Below, piece by piece: positions 1 through 9,820 of a stretch of DNA of 64,000 nt. The notes under the pieces are model-generated. The model worked only from the letters and a program-made list of their open reading frames with translations. It searched no databases and was not told where the DNA came from. Position 1 is the first letter of the stretch. Every line of letters begins with the position of its first letter. A program made the translations under genes and the position numbers. The stretch comes from Promethearchaeia archaeon (GTDB taxonomy: Archaea; Asgardarchaeota; Lokiarchaeia; Sigyniarchaeales; SOKP01): positions 54,263 through 118,262 of the forward strand of contig JAHQWH010000189.1 of the NCBI GenBank assembly GCA_029856105.1, read 5' to 3'.

Positions 1-1
1 T

Positions 2-304
2 AGGTTCCTTAAAACCGGTGAAAAACGCCCAAAACATGGGTTAATTTTTCAGTGGAATTTGATTAGAGGAAGTAAAGCGTATAACCGTGGAAAAATCTCT
101 AGAGTGATTTCAGGGAAAATAGGAATTGCAACTAAAGTAGATTTTTTTAAAGGCGAGTTCATAGGAGATACTTTAGCAAAAGAAATTGAAGAAAAAATAA
201 AAGAGATTGAAAAAAAATATCCAAAACCTCCAACAAAAAAAAGTGAGCCCAAAACCAAAATAAAATCAAATAAAAAGCAAACAAATAAGAAAAGAAGGAG
301 GTAA
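2..304 (+). CDS. nop5: C/D box sRNP protein Nop5 (Nop56/58), C-terminal part, truncated by window start
   Basis: Frame is open from base 2: RFLKTGEKRPKHGLIFQW...RGKISRVISGKIGIATKVDFF, matching the Nop-domain PKHG motif, followed by a Lys-rich tail; lies directly upstream of fibrillarin. Confidence 0.93.
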   Translation, partial: RFLKTGEKRPKHGLIFQWNLIRGSKAYNRGKISRVISGKIGIATKVDFFKGEFIGDTLAKEIEEKIKEIEKKYPKPPTKKSEPKTKIKSNKKQTNKKRRR

Positions 305-311
305 AGTTAAT

Positions 312-1001
312 TTGAGCAATTTTAATATCAGAACACATCCAAAATACTCTAACGTTTATATATCTGGACCTCCACATAACCTAAAACTTTATTCTAAAAA
401 CCTAGTTCCGGGTAATAGAGTGTACGGTGAGAAGCTAAATACATTTAAAGGAGAAGAATATCGAGAATGGGACCCTCATAGAAGTAAATTAGCTGCAATG
501 ATATTGGAAAAACCTTCAGTGGATTTCTTATCTAGCGAATTAAAATGTTTGTATTTAGGAGCGTCATCCGGTACTACAATATCTCATCTTTCAGACATAG
601 TTTACAATGGAATTATTTATGGAGTAGAATTTGCTGAGCGTAGTATGCGACAATTAATTCAAAACACCAAAGATAGAAAAAATATTGTTCCAATATTAGG
701 AGACGCTAATTTTCCGGAAAAATATGCTAATTCCGTTTTTACTAATATTGATTTAGTTTATCAAGATATTGCTCAACCAAACCAAGCACAAATTGCTATT
801 GCGAACTGTAGTTATTATCTAAAGGATAAAGGAACTCTAATTCTTGCAATTAAATCTCAATCAATAGATAGTGTTCAAAAGCCTGAAAAAATATACATCC
901 AAGAGAGAAAGATTTTAGAAAAAGCGGGTTATAAAATAAGCGAAAGCTTCAACATTCATAAATACGCAGCGAATCACATTATTTTAATTGTCCACAAATA
1001 A
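312..1001 (+). CDS. flpA: Fibrillarin-like rRNA/tRNA 2'-O-methyltransferase
   Basis: VYGE, EYREWDPHRSKLAA, LYLGASSGTTISHLSD and QDIAQPNQ motifs; TTG start. Confidence 0.97.
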   Translation: MSNFNIRTHPKYSNVYISGPPHNLKLYSKNLVPGNRVYGEKLNTFKGEEYREWDPHRSKLAAMILEKPSVDFLSSELKCLYLGASSGTTISHLSDIVYNGIIYGVEFAERSMRQLIQNTKDRKNIVPILGDANFPEKYANSVFTNIDLVYQDIAQPNQAQIAIANCSYYLKDKGTLILAIKSQSIDSVQKPEKIYIQERKILEKAGYKISESFNIHKYAANHIILIVHK

Positions 1002-1041
1002 TTTAGGCAATATTTTTGTTAATATTCATTTTAAAAAAAAT

Positions 1042-1758
1042 TTATACAAAATCAGTAATTTTTTTCGAATATAATTCTTCTCTGATAATTTTTTTCGTAG
1101 TTTCCCATGATTTTCTCGCGATAGGTGGAGCTTTCTTATTCTTTCTTATCCATTCTCGAAGGAATGTAGTACTTCGTACATCTGAGGGATATCCTGAGCC
1201 AAAATCTCCATATTCTTTTTTTAATTCTTCAATGATTCTATCCCTCATATCTTTAGCGATAATTGAGCTCGCTGAAACTATTGGGTATAAATCGTCAGCC
1301 TTATGTTTAGAAATGATTTTTTTTGGTGAATAATTTAATAATGTTTGAATAGATGTTTTAAATCTATCTTCAATAACATCTGCTGCGTCTATATAAATTA
1401 CATCTGGTTTCAGTTCATTAATAATTTCTGCCATTTTCAGTTCTTCAAGTCTATTCAGTGTGATTTTCTTCTTTTCTCTTGCGTCTATTTCTTGAGCTCC
1501 AATAATTTTTGCTATATATGTTTTACAATTTCCTTTTATAATTTTAGCTAATTCACTTCGTCTTTTAGTAGATAATTTTTTTGAATCTTTAACCCCGATT
1601 TCTGTTAGAAGCCCCAATTTTGATTTAAGGAAGCACACACCACAAATAACCATAGGGCCCAAGACAGGCCCTCTACCCGCCTCGTCAATGCCACAAATAA
1701 CTTCTTGGTTAGTTCCCTGATTCTTGGATGAGCTCAACGAATTCCTCTTCATCATCAA
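1042..1758 (-). CDS. rnhB: Ribonuclease HII
   Basis: GIDEAGRGPVLGP, DSKKL, HKAD..YPIVSASSIIAK, GSGYPSD; exact start uncertain and overlaps the upstream gene. Confidence 0.97.
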   Translation of the reverse strand: MMMKRNSLSSSKNQGTNQEVICGIDEAGRGPVLGPMVICGVCFLKSKLGLLTEIGVKDSKKLSTKRRSELAKIIKGNCKTYIAKIIGAQEIDAREKKKITLNRLEELKMAEIINELKPDVIYIDAADVIEDRFKTSIQTLLNYSPKKIISKHKADDLYPIVSASSIIAKDMRDRIIEELKKEYGDFGSGYPSDVRSTTFLREWIRKNKKAPPIARKSWETTKKIIREELYSKKITDFV

Positions 1759-2719
1759 TTTTTTCTAGATTTCTAATTCTAATGATGGGAATTTTAATTT
1801 TTTTAAGAGAATCGGGTATTTTAATCTCATTGTTTACTATAAAAAGAGAATTTTTTTGAAACAGTTCAGTAAACATCTTCAAACATCTAAAACTAAGCTC
1901 GTTAATTTTTTTATCTTCTTCAGAAACTCCTGAAAAGAGAGGGTAAACGCTGCTTTCTTTATTCTCGTCAATATATTTAGAATATAACGATAGTTTGAAA
2001 GGAATTGAACCTTTCTTAGACCAATAAGAACAAATTCCAATGTCATTCAAAACTTCTTGAAGATGAGATTCAAAAGAGCTCAAATTGATATCTTCTTGCA
2101 GGTCTTTTCGATCCATACTAAAATTGAAATTCCAATCAAAAATGTTAATTCTTCTAAAAAGATCATTACATTCTAGTATTAATGAGATTTTATTAGCTAT
2201 TTTTTCAGAAGGTCGCATGCTTTCATTTTCATACGCACAGACAGTTCTTTTAGTAATTCCAAGTCTTCCAGATAGTTCTTTTCGTGAGATTGCTTGTTTT
2301 TCTCTCAAAGATTTCATTAAATTACCGTTTAAAAACATCACACCCCCTCCTCTTCTCGCTAGAATGTATGGATATAACTCTTTACTGAGAATATTTTCTA
2401 ATGTAGTTAAAGTTATAAACGGCAACCCCTCTCTAATGTAAATAGTGTTATCTTCTAATTTGTGATAACGATTTCTAATTCCTATTAACAAGGGTTTAGA
2501 TTTTAACAATAGGGATAAAGATTTTATATCGTTTATTATATCAGCGTTTAAATTATCAATATTGGAAAAAATTTTTACGCTAAAAACTAAATCATTTTTT
2601 TTTACTAATAAGTCAAAACAAAACTTGCTTTTTTTATTAGAAAAGGAATCTAAAATAAATGTCTCAAATTTAGCCCTTTTAAGCATATTATCTATTTTTT
2701 CAAGTACCGCTTCAATCAT
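1709..2719 (-). CDS. Archaeal cHTH (XRE-type) transcriptional regulator, COG1395-like
   Basis: N-terminal CFDLLVKK / NIDN domain, ARRGG linker, central HTH (ISRKELSGRLGITKRTVCAYEN). Confidence 0.85.
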   Translation of the reverse strand: MIEAVLEKIDNMLKRAKFETFILDSFSNKKSKFCFDLLVKKNDLVFSVKIFSNIDNLNADIINDIKSLSLLLKSKPLLIGIRNRYHKLEDNTIYIREGLPFITLTTLENILSKELYPYILARRGGGVMFLNGNLMKSLREKQAISRKELSGRLGITKRTVCAYENESMRPSEKIANKISLILECNDLFRRINIFDWNFNFSMDRKDLQEDINLSSFESHLQEVLNDIGICSYWSKKGSIPFKLSLYSKYIDENKESSVYPLFSGVSEEDKKINELSFRCLKMFTELFQKNSLFIVNNEIKIPDSLKKIKIPIIRIRNLEKIDDEEEFVELIQESGN

Positions 2720-2834
2720 ATATTCCCATTAATTAAAAGATAAATAGCTAATTAAATTTTTTTTTATTGTGATATTACCTTCAAACTAAATTAATTTAAT
2801 TGTTATTTTAATTTCTCTAAATGAAGATTAACCT

Positions 2835-3401
2835 TTAATTACTTGTGAGTTTAAGGAAATCAGCATCAGTTATAATTCCAATAAATACATTATTTTCTTT
2901 TACTAATACGGCAGAATATTTAATTAATAAATTTGATATGTCTTTAGCGTTCCAATTTTTTTCAACTTCTGGAAAGGGCAATTCTATAATAGTTAAAATA
3001 TCTGCGTTTATTAAATCTGGAGTTGTAGTAATATGTTTCTGAATTTTTTTGGCAGTTATACTTCCGAAATTATGGTTTTTTTCTAAAATCGGTATCTGTG
3101 AAAAATTGTATTTACTCATTAACGTAATAACATCCTTTATGGTCGAATCTGGTGTTATAGATATTATATTTGGAGTCATAATATCTTCTGCGTGCTTTTT
3201 TGAACTTTTTTTCTTCATTCTTTCATTTTCTAGAAATTCGATAATTTTTTTCACTTTAGAATAAGGTGGGTCCATGTCTCCATTTTCTATTCTTGAGATT
3301 GTAGATTGCGAAATATCTAATTTCTCACCTAATTCTTTTTGGCTAATGTTTAATTTTTTTCTTAAATATTTGATTTGAGATAAATTTGGCAAAACTTCCA
3401 T
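2835..3401 (-). CDS. XRE-HTH + CBS-pair transcriptional regulator (COG3620-like)
   Basis: ISQKELGEKLDISQSTISRIENGDMDP HTH followed by two CBS repeats (FSQIPIL, GIITDAD). Confidence 0.9.
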   Translation of the reverse strand: MEVLPNLSQIKYLRKKLNISQKELGEKLDISQSTISRIENGDMDPPYSKVKKIIEFLENERMKKKSSKKHAEDIMTPNIISITPDSTIKDVITLMSKYNFSQIPILEKNHNFGSITAKKIQKHITTTPDLINADILTIIELPFPEVEKNWNAKDISNLLIKYSAVLVKENNVFIGIITDADFLKLTSN

Positions 3402-3437
3402 TTTAGAATGCGTAAAACTTATTTAGTATAATTTAAG

Positions 3438-3464
3438 TGCATATTTCATGCAATATATGCATAT
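3438..3464. promoter_or_regulatory. Putative operator: overlapping TGCA-based palindromes between the HTH-CBS gene and mat
   Basis: TGCAT-N5-ATGCA (3438-3452) and ATATGCATAT (3455-3464) in an otherwise very AT-rich divergent intergenic region. Confidence 0.35.
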
Positions 3465-3553
3465 TATTATCAATAATTATTAATAATTATTATTAATTTA
3501 AAAAAAACATAATAAAATAATTATTTCTATAAATAAGAAAGAGTTTAATCAAA

Positions 3554-4795
3554 ATGTTGAAAATCACACAGGCTGACTTTTTACCTATTGAAAAAAGTAA
3601 ATTTCCTGAAATTTGCGAAAGAAAAGGAATAGGACATCCAGATAGCGTTTGCGATGCCGTTGCTGATGCTTGTTCGAGAGCGTTATGTGTTTACTATTTG
3701 GAACATTTCGATAGAGTGTATCATCACAACGTTGATAAGGCCGCTTTGGTTGGTGGTGTTGCCAAACCTGAATTCGGAGGAGGTATGATCATTCAACCAC
3801 AATATTTTTTAATAGTAGGAAGAGCTATACATCAAATTCTTACAGAATGTGGAACTGAGCATAAATTGGAATATGTACCTGTTGCTACTATTTGTCTTGA
3901 TACACAACGCCAAATACTCGCAAAAATATTTAGAAACCTTGATTTAGCTAGAGATATACAATTCGATTATGCAGTTCGACCAGGGTCTATAGATTTAACC
4001 GGAGTTTTTGACGAGTCTCATCATTCGGAAGAAATTCCCCTCTCAAATGATACAAGTTTTGGAGTAGGATACGCTCCATATTCAGATGTAGAAAAAATAA
4101 CGTTAGAAGCAGAATACCTTATTAATTCTCCGAGTTTCAAGGATAAATGTAAGGGATCGGGTGAAGATGTTAAGGTAATGGTTGAAAGAATTGATAACAA
4201 GGTTGGAATCACCATTGCGGCTGCAATGGTCAGCAAGTACATCAACGATGTTGATGAGTATATTAATTATACAAATCAAATTAAAGACGCTGTATTAGAT
4301 TTAGCGGCTAAAATCATCCCAGAACGCGAAGTCACTTGCCAAGTAAATGTAGCAGATATTCTAAAGAAAGAACTTTTGTTTCTTACCATAACGGGCACAT
4401 CGGCTGAGGCAGGCGATGACGGCGAAGTAGGACGTGGAAACCGGTCTAACGGTCTAATAACACCTTGCAGAACTATGAGTTTAGAGGCTGTTTGTGGAAA
4501 AAATCCAATTAATCATGTAGGTAAAATCTACAACATTTTAGGAACGGAGATCGCCAGAGAAATTTATAAGAGAGGAGAAGGTGACATTTTAGAGGCACAT
4601 GTGAAGCTTTTATCCCAAATCGGGCGCCCAATTACGGATCCATGGGTAAATTCGATAGAGTTAATTCCTGCTGAAAATGTTAATTTTGCTAGTATTGAAA
4701 AAATCGCGAAAGAAGTCTCTGAAGAAAAATTGAGCAAGGAGTCCATGATTGATCTAAGGAAGCGATTGATTGCAGGGAAAATACAAGTATTTTAA
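3554..4795 (+). CDS. mat: Archaeal S-adenosylmethionine synthetase
   Basis: ERKGIGHPDSVCD, HHNVDK, NDTSFGVG, GEDVKVM, GRGNR, GKNPINHVGKIYN. Confidence 0.97.
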   Translation: MLKITQADFLPIEKSKFPEICERKGIGHPDSVCDAVADACSRALCVYYLEHFDRVYHHNVDKAALVGGVAKPEFGGGMIIQPQYFLIVGRAIHQILTECGTEHKLEYVPVATICLDTQRQILAKIFRNLDLARDIQFDYAVRPGSIDLTGVFDESHHSEEIPLSNDTSFGVGYAPYSDVEKITLEAEYLINSPSFKDKCKGSGEDVKVMVERIDNKVGITIAAAMVSKYINDVDEYINYTNQIKDAVLDLAAKIIPEREVTCQVNVADILKKELLFLTITGTSAEAGDDGEVGRGNRSNGLITPCRTMSLEAVCGKNPINHVGKIYNILGTEIAREIYKRGEGDILEAHVKLLSQIGRPITDPWVNSIELIPAENVNFASIEKIAKEVSEEKLSKESMIDLRKRLIAGKIQVF

Positions 4796-4921
4796 TTTTT
4801 AAGTTTAGAATAGTAAAATTTTTTTATTCTTTTTTTATTAAATAATAGATCTGAATAGTAAAAAATAACTAGAAATTTTTGTGTAAGAAATTAAATAAAT
4901 TAAAATTGATGTGAGTTAAGT

Positions 4922-5176
4922 CTGGGATTAGAGAAGTGGATAAATCCAGAAGAAACTAAAAAAAAGCCAAAGATAAAAGATGGTACTAAAAAACCTAAAA
5001 AGACTGAATCTAAGTCTAAAGAAATAAAAGGTACAATAGGACCAAAAAATTTATTGAAATTCTACTTAGTGTGTCCAAAGGCAAAATGTAAATATCAAAA
5101 GACGATAAGAAAGAAAGAGTTAACAGATAAAGATAAAATCTGCCCTAGATGTAAAAGTATAATGAAAATCAAGTAA
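4922..5176 (+). CDS. Small basic zinc-finger protein (84 aa), probable CTG start; absent from ORF track
   Basis: (M)GLEKWINPEETKKK...CPKAKC...CPRC.. stop; in-frame TGA at 4907 and no ATG/GTG/TTG before the N-terminal half; GTGAG just upstream. Confidence 0.7.
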   Translation: MGLEKWINPEETKKKPKIKDGTKKPKKTESKSKEIKGTIGPKNLLKFYLVCPKAKCKYQKTIRKKELTDKDKICPRCKSIMKIK

Positions 5177-5179
5177 ATT

Positions 5180-5431
5180 TTAATTAGAAATATCTTGTTC
5201 TAAAATGTCTTTATCTGGAAGGTTCTCTAGATCAAATTGAGAATCACAATTAGGGCATCGGTCTTTCTTTTTACTATATTTCAAGATGAGATAAATGAAA
5301 ATCCCTAACCCGCAAGTTAGGATAACCATGAATGCCAATATCTCATGATAAATGTGTTCAAAATTCTTGCGTCTTAGTACGATTTTTTGTTCACATGTAG
5401 GACAATAAACAATTTTTTTCCCCGTAATAAT
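5180..5431 (-). CDS. LITAF-like zinc-ribbon membrane protein (about 83 aa), probable ATT start; absent from ORF track
   Basis: IVYCPTC - hydrophobic segment (EILAFMVILTCGLGIFIYLIL) - DRCPNC; in-frame TAA at 5450-5452 with no ATG/GTG/TTG before the first CxxC. Confidence 0.75.
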   Translation of the reverse strand: MITGKKIVYCPTCEQKIVLRRKNFEHIYHEILAFMVILTCGLGIFIYLILKYSKKKDRCPNCDSQFDLENLPDKDILEQDISN

Positions 5432-5680
5432 CGACCGTTTTTTGTTATTTTATATAATTAGATAGGTAAATTGTTAATTTAATTATTTTGTGTTATAATT
5501 GAAAAATTCAAAATTAAAGCTAAAAAGCTATTTATTCTTCATTTTTTCAATTTGTAATTTTATATTGAAATAAAAAAAAAATGTAATAAACATAGGCTAA
5601 ATATTATTAATGTTGAATTTTATATCATTAATAATATTTTTCAAATTAAAAATTAAAACAAATTAGAAAAGGTTTTAACA

Positions 5681-6628
5681 ATGCCAATTTGTTATCATTG
5701 TGGAGTGGAAGTCCCTGAAACATTCAACTGTACTAAATGTGGTCAAAATTATTGTTCTTTACATAAAAATCCTATTGATCACGAATGTAATATTGTAATC
5801 GAAAGTCAACATTTACAACAATATCAACAATCACCTCCTACTTATGTTGAAAGCTCTCAAATTCCGTTTTCTCAACAAGAGCATATGTATCAGCAACAAT
5901 TAACTCCAAGCGAAGTGCGTGGAACGACAGATGGGACTTATACGTGGTATCGGCAAGAACAAACAGTTCCAGAAAACGCTTTCGATCCAGACTCTGGAAT
6001 CTCGTTCAAGGGTATATTTCTGGCTCATAAATCTGAATTAACTCATTTCTTAATTGCAGGGATAATGATATATGCCATAGGATTGTTGAGCTTTTATAAC
6101 AGTTTAGGCCCTACATATTTTTGGACTTTATTTGTACTTGCTGCTTTTTATGTGACTGCTTTTCTCTTTCACGAATTAGGGCACCGCCAAGTAGCTGTTC
6201 ATTTTAAATTGCAAACAAAATTTAGATTACTTACATATGGTTTGCTGATGACATTAATCTCTCTTGGAAGGTTTGCTTTACCTGGAGCGGTTGTCGTTTT
6301 AGGTCTTGACAAGATTAGTAGAAAAACGGGATTATGTAAAGCAGCAGGTCCTTTCGTAAATTTGGTGTATGGCACACTATTGTTTCTAATTTCATTTATA
6401 GTTCCAAGGTCATTATATCCACTGAATTATATCTTTTGTATAGGAGCTTATTTAAATTTCATGTTAGGATCATTCAATATGATCCCTTTTGGAATTTTGG
6501 ATGGGCAAAATATATGGAAATGGAAAAAGAAAGTATATTTTGGATTGATTGGGTCATTAGTACCATTGCTTATTATAACAATGGTTATTACAAATACTTC
6601 CTTAAGTCTAAATCTCTATCATCCATAA
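5681..6628 (+). CDS. AN1-type zinc finger fused to M50 (site-2) intramembrane metalloprotease
   Basis: N-terminal CxxC..CxxC...C..H.....H.C; HELGH; AAGP; NMIPFGILDG. Confidence 0.88.
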   Translation: MPICYHCGVEVPETFNCTKCGQNYCSLHKNPIDHECNIVIESQHLQQYQQSPPTYVESSQIPFSQQEHMYQQQLTPSEVRGTTDGTYTWYRQEQTVPENAFDPDSGISFKGIFLAHKSELTHFLIAGIMIYAIGLLSFYNSLGPTYFWTLFVLAAFYVTAFLFHELGHRQVAVHFKLQTKFRLLTYGLLMTLISLGRFALPGAVVVLGLDKISRKTGLCKAAGPFVNLVYGTLLFLISFIVPRSLYPLNYIFCIGAYLNFMLGSFNMIPFGILDGQNIWKWKKKVYFGLIGSLVPLLIITMVITNTSLSLNLYHP

Positions 6629-6774
6629 CCTAAACGATAAAACCATAACTAGTTTAATTTCTTTAAAGTTCAATATTCTCTTGAAAGTCATAAAAAATTT
6701 TAAAAAAAATTATGTATGATGATAGTTTTAAAACATTAAATTAGATAAAATAAAGCGATTTTAAAAAAAAATTT

Positions 6775-7674
6775 ATGACATTTTGCGAACATTGTGGCGA
6801 AAAGATCACTTATTTACCTTTTAATTGTAAGTATTGTGGCGGAGTTTATTGTAAAAAACATAGACTACCAGAAAATCATCAATGTACTTTTGAAATCAAA
6901 CATGGACCTATTGTCCCTTTAAATTTGAGAGAAAGCCCTTCAAAAAGTGTTAATTCGCAAAAAACTCCAAGAGAATTTAAGAAATATATGAAAAGACAAG
7001 AAAAACAAAATCAAAGAACAATAAAATATTACGAAAGTTATGATAAAAAAACAACAAAAACCAACGGTACAACATTCTTAATTATCGCGATTTTTATCAT
7101 GTCTATAGCTGCTATGGGAGTCCCTTTATATTTAACTTTGAGTAGTTATAGCTTTATAGAATTATATTTGTGGACATTATTTACATCTCTTTTTGTTAGT
7201 TATACTTCTGACTTATTTGGATTGTTTTTTCTATTTATCTTAATAATATTTTTTAATATGATAATTAAAAATATAGAACGTGTGTTTGGAACTAAATTTT
7301 TATTGCAATTGTATTTTATTTGCGCTATTTTTACGGGATTAGTTTATATTTTATTATTACTCCTGTTACAATTGATTTACATACCATATGGAAGCTTGAT
7401 TTTTGTTCCATACGGTTTAGCCTCAGGTGCTCTATTAGGAGTCATATGCTTCATGATTTTTATGAACTGGGACCGAGAAATGACATTTTTATTATTCTTT
7501 TTTCCAATAAGGATGCGGGGAAAAACTATAATTACTTTCTTAGTTTTATTAAAAGTTGTTCCAGGTCTATTATTTGCAATTGGTGAACCACTTTATTTAC
7601 TTATTTATCTTCCTGATTTAGGAGGTATATTAGCGTCATACCTTGTTCATTACTATAAATTTAAGTATCGATAA
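6775..7674 (+). CDS. AN1-type zinc finger fused to rhomboid-family membrane domain, likely pseudoprotease
   Basis: CEHC..CKYC...CKKHRLPENHQC; WTLFTSLF, IERVFG, ASGA; PDLGG where active rhomboids have AHLGG. Confidence 0.8.
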   Translation: MTFCEHCGEKITYLPFNCKYCGGVYCKKHRLPENHQCTFEIKHGPIVPLNLRESPSKSVNSQKTPREFKKYMKRQEKQNQRTIKYYESYDKKTTKTNGTTFLIIAIFIMSIAAMGVPLYLTLSSYSFIELYLWTLFTSLFVSYTSDLFGLFFLFILIIFFNMIIKNIERVFGTKFLLQLYFICAIFTGLVYILLLLLLQLIYIPYGSLIFVPYGLASGALLGVICFMIFMNWDREMTFLLFFFPIRMRGKTIITFLVLLKVVPGLLFAIGEPLYLLIYLPDLGGILASYLVHYYKFKYR

Positions 7675-7690
7675 GAATAAACGAGTTAAA

Positions 7691-8347
7691 ATGCCAGAAG
7701 AAGGATTGTCAAAAATAATAGAATTAAACGAGGATTTAATCGAAAACAACGAGCGGTTAGCAGCCAAAAATAAAAAAGATTTTAGCAAATATAATATTCG
7801 CTCGTTTGATATTGTTGGAGCTATAGGAGCTGGAAAAACAGCCCTTTTAGAATCGATATCAGAGATGATTTCTAAAGAAAAAAGGGTTTTAGTAATAAAT
7901 GGAGATGTAGCTACAAGAATTGACGCTGATCGCATAGAGAAACATGGTGTAAAAACCATCCAAATTAATACAGGTCGAGAATGCGCTCTAAATTCTTATC
8001 ACATCTCTCAAGTAATAAAAAATCACGATTTAAGCAATTACGACGTCGTTTTTATAGAAAACGTGGGAAATCTTATTTGTCCCTCAGATTTTATCTTAGG
8101 AACCAATAAGCGTATTGTAGTAGTTTCCATTACCGAAGGTCCATGGGTAATTCGGAAGCATCCTTTATTGTTTAAATTTTCAGATATTGCAATTATTAAT
8201 AAAATTGATTTAATTGATGTGATTGACGTAAAAGTTGAAGAAATGATCAACGATGCCAAGGAAATAAATCCAAACATCAAAATAATTACAACAAGTGCAA
8301 TTACAGGAGAAAACATTCCTAACCTTATTCAATCCTTAGAAATATAG
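7691..8347 (+). CDS. hypB: Hydrogenase nickel-incorporation GTPase HypB
   Basis: GAIGAGKT, GDV...DA, ENVGNLICP, SITEG, NKID; ATG at 7691 preferred over 7643. Confidence 0.92.
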   Translation: MPEEGLSKIIELNEDLIENNERLAAKNKKDFSKYNIRSFDIVGAIGAGKTALLESISEMISKEKRVLVINGDVATRIDADRIEKHGVKTIQINTGRECALNSYHISQVIKNHDLSNYDVVFIENVGNLICPSDFILGTNKRIVVVSITEGPWVIRKHPLLFKFSDIAIINKIDLIDVIDVKVEEMINDAKEINPNIKIITTSAITGENIPNLIQSLEI

Positions 8348-8617
8348 GAGTTTAAGATTTTTTCTATACTTGTTAAATACAATGAAAGAGTATAAAACAT
8401 TTTAAAAAAGAAAGGAAAATAAGTTATACTCTTTATAATAAAAGAGCATAAAAAAATTATGGAACTACTTCTCCACTATGAAACATTTTTACTCACTCAT
8501 TTCGTTAATCTATTTTTTTCAATTTATTTTACAATATTATTTAAACCTAAAGTGAAACAACTGAAATTATAGATCAAAATATTTAAACTCCTAAAATTTC
8601 AACATATATTAATAATT

Positions 8618-9820
8618 TTACACCAAATCTGAGGGTAAAATCGGGTTAACGAGCAGATTTCGAAAGTCCTTAACTGAAGGGAATTCACCATATTTATTTA
8701 TTATGAGTTTTGCTCCAGAATTATAGGAAAAAACAGTTGTTGAGTATATAGGGTTAGAAAGTGAATTTATTTGATTTTTTATGTTTTCTTCGTTAAAAAT
8801 TTCAAAGTTTGTTGCATATTGAATTAAGTCCTCATTGTTCCACTCGTCAATAAGAGCATGATAAGCGAAATTATACCAAAAAAGCGATAATTTTCCTTTT
8901 ACTTTGCTTTGTGCTATTAATGCTTCAATAGAAGATTCTATTGACGGGTCTGGACATAATTCTTGTAAACTAACTTCAGCTTGTTCTTGATAGGAAGTAA
9001 AGAGCGCATTCGCGGCTAAATCTGCAATTCCTTCACTAATTATTAATTTAGGTGAATGTAGCAGCAATATTGAGTGTTCGAACTGATTTAACTCGCGATA
9101 TAACCTCTGTTCTTTGACCACAAATTCCGTGTGGTGTCCAGGATATCCTTCGTGAGTGGCAAAAAACAAAAACGCCGTCCAATACATACTATAATTCGGA
9201 TTGACTTCTAATCGTGAGCGAAAATTACCCAAGTACCATTCATAGCATGGGAATTTTATTTTTTGATTTTTTACTAACTCTACAATGATGTGTTCTTTTT
9301 TAGGTAGAAGATCGACAAACAATTCTTTAGTTTTCTTTTCTGCGATGTTAAGCGCTTTTTTAAACAATACAAAAACATTCGCTTCAGGAACCGTTCGTTG
9401 CACTCTTATTTCATTCATTCGCTCTTTTAAGCTTCCAGATCCCTTATAAGCCTCGTTAAACTCTTCTTTTAAGTTATCTAATTCAGATTCTTTAACGGGC
9501 CGTAAGGCTACATCGTATAACCTTAAAGCTTGTTCCTTAATAGTAATCTCGATACCGTTTAAAATCTCGATCGAAGTCCTCATCGCCGTTAACATCTTTT
9601 CTAAGTATCGCTCGCGATTTTTGTCGTAACCTTGTTTAAACAAATCTTTTTGTAAAGCTTTGCAATCGGTTAAAAGCTTGTTTGGTGAAATTATTACCTC
9701 ATTGTCAACGATTTTACGTAATTTTTTAGGACCAATATAAAAATCTACATATCCCTTATTGTGTTTGTCTATGTGAAGTGTTAAACACAGAAATCTTTTT
9801 CCATATTCAGATAATTTCAT
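8618..9820 (-). CDS. DUF885-like putative zinc metallopeptidase
   Basis: HEGYPGHH motif with downstream SEGIA and a late Y..G motif. Confidence 0.75.
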   Translation of the reverse strand: MKLSEYGKRFLCLTLHIDKHNKGYVDFYIGPKKLRKIVDNEVIISPNKLLTDCKALQKDLFKQGYDKNRERYLEKMLTAMRTSIEILNGIEITIKEQALRLYDVALRPVKESELDNLKEEFNEAYKGSGSLKERMNEIRVQRTVPEANVFVLFKKALNIAEKKTKELFVDLLPKKEHIIVELVKNQKIKFPCYEWYLGNFRSRLEVNPNYSMYWTAFLFFATHEGYPGHHTEFVVKEQRLYRELNQFEHSILLLHSPKLIISEGIADLAANALFTSYQEQAEVSLQELCPDPSIESSIEALIAQSKVKGKLSLFWYNFAYHALIDEWNNEDLIQYATNFEIFNEENIKNQINSLSNPIYSTTVFSYNSGAKLIINKYGEFPSVKDFRNLLVNPILPSDLV

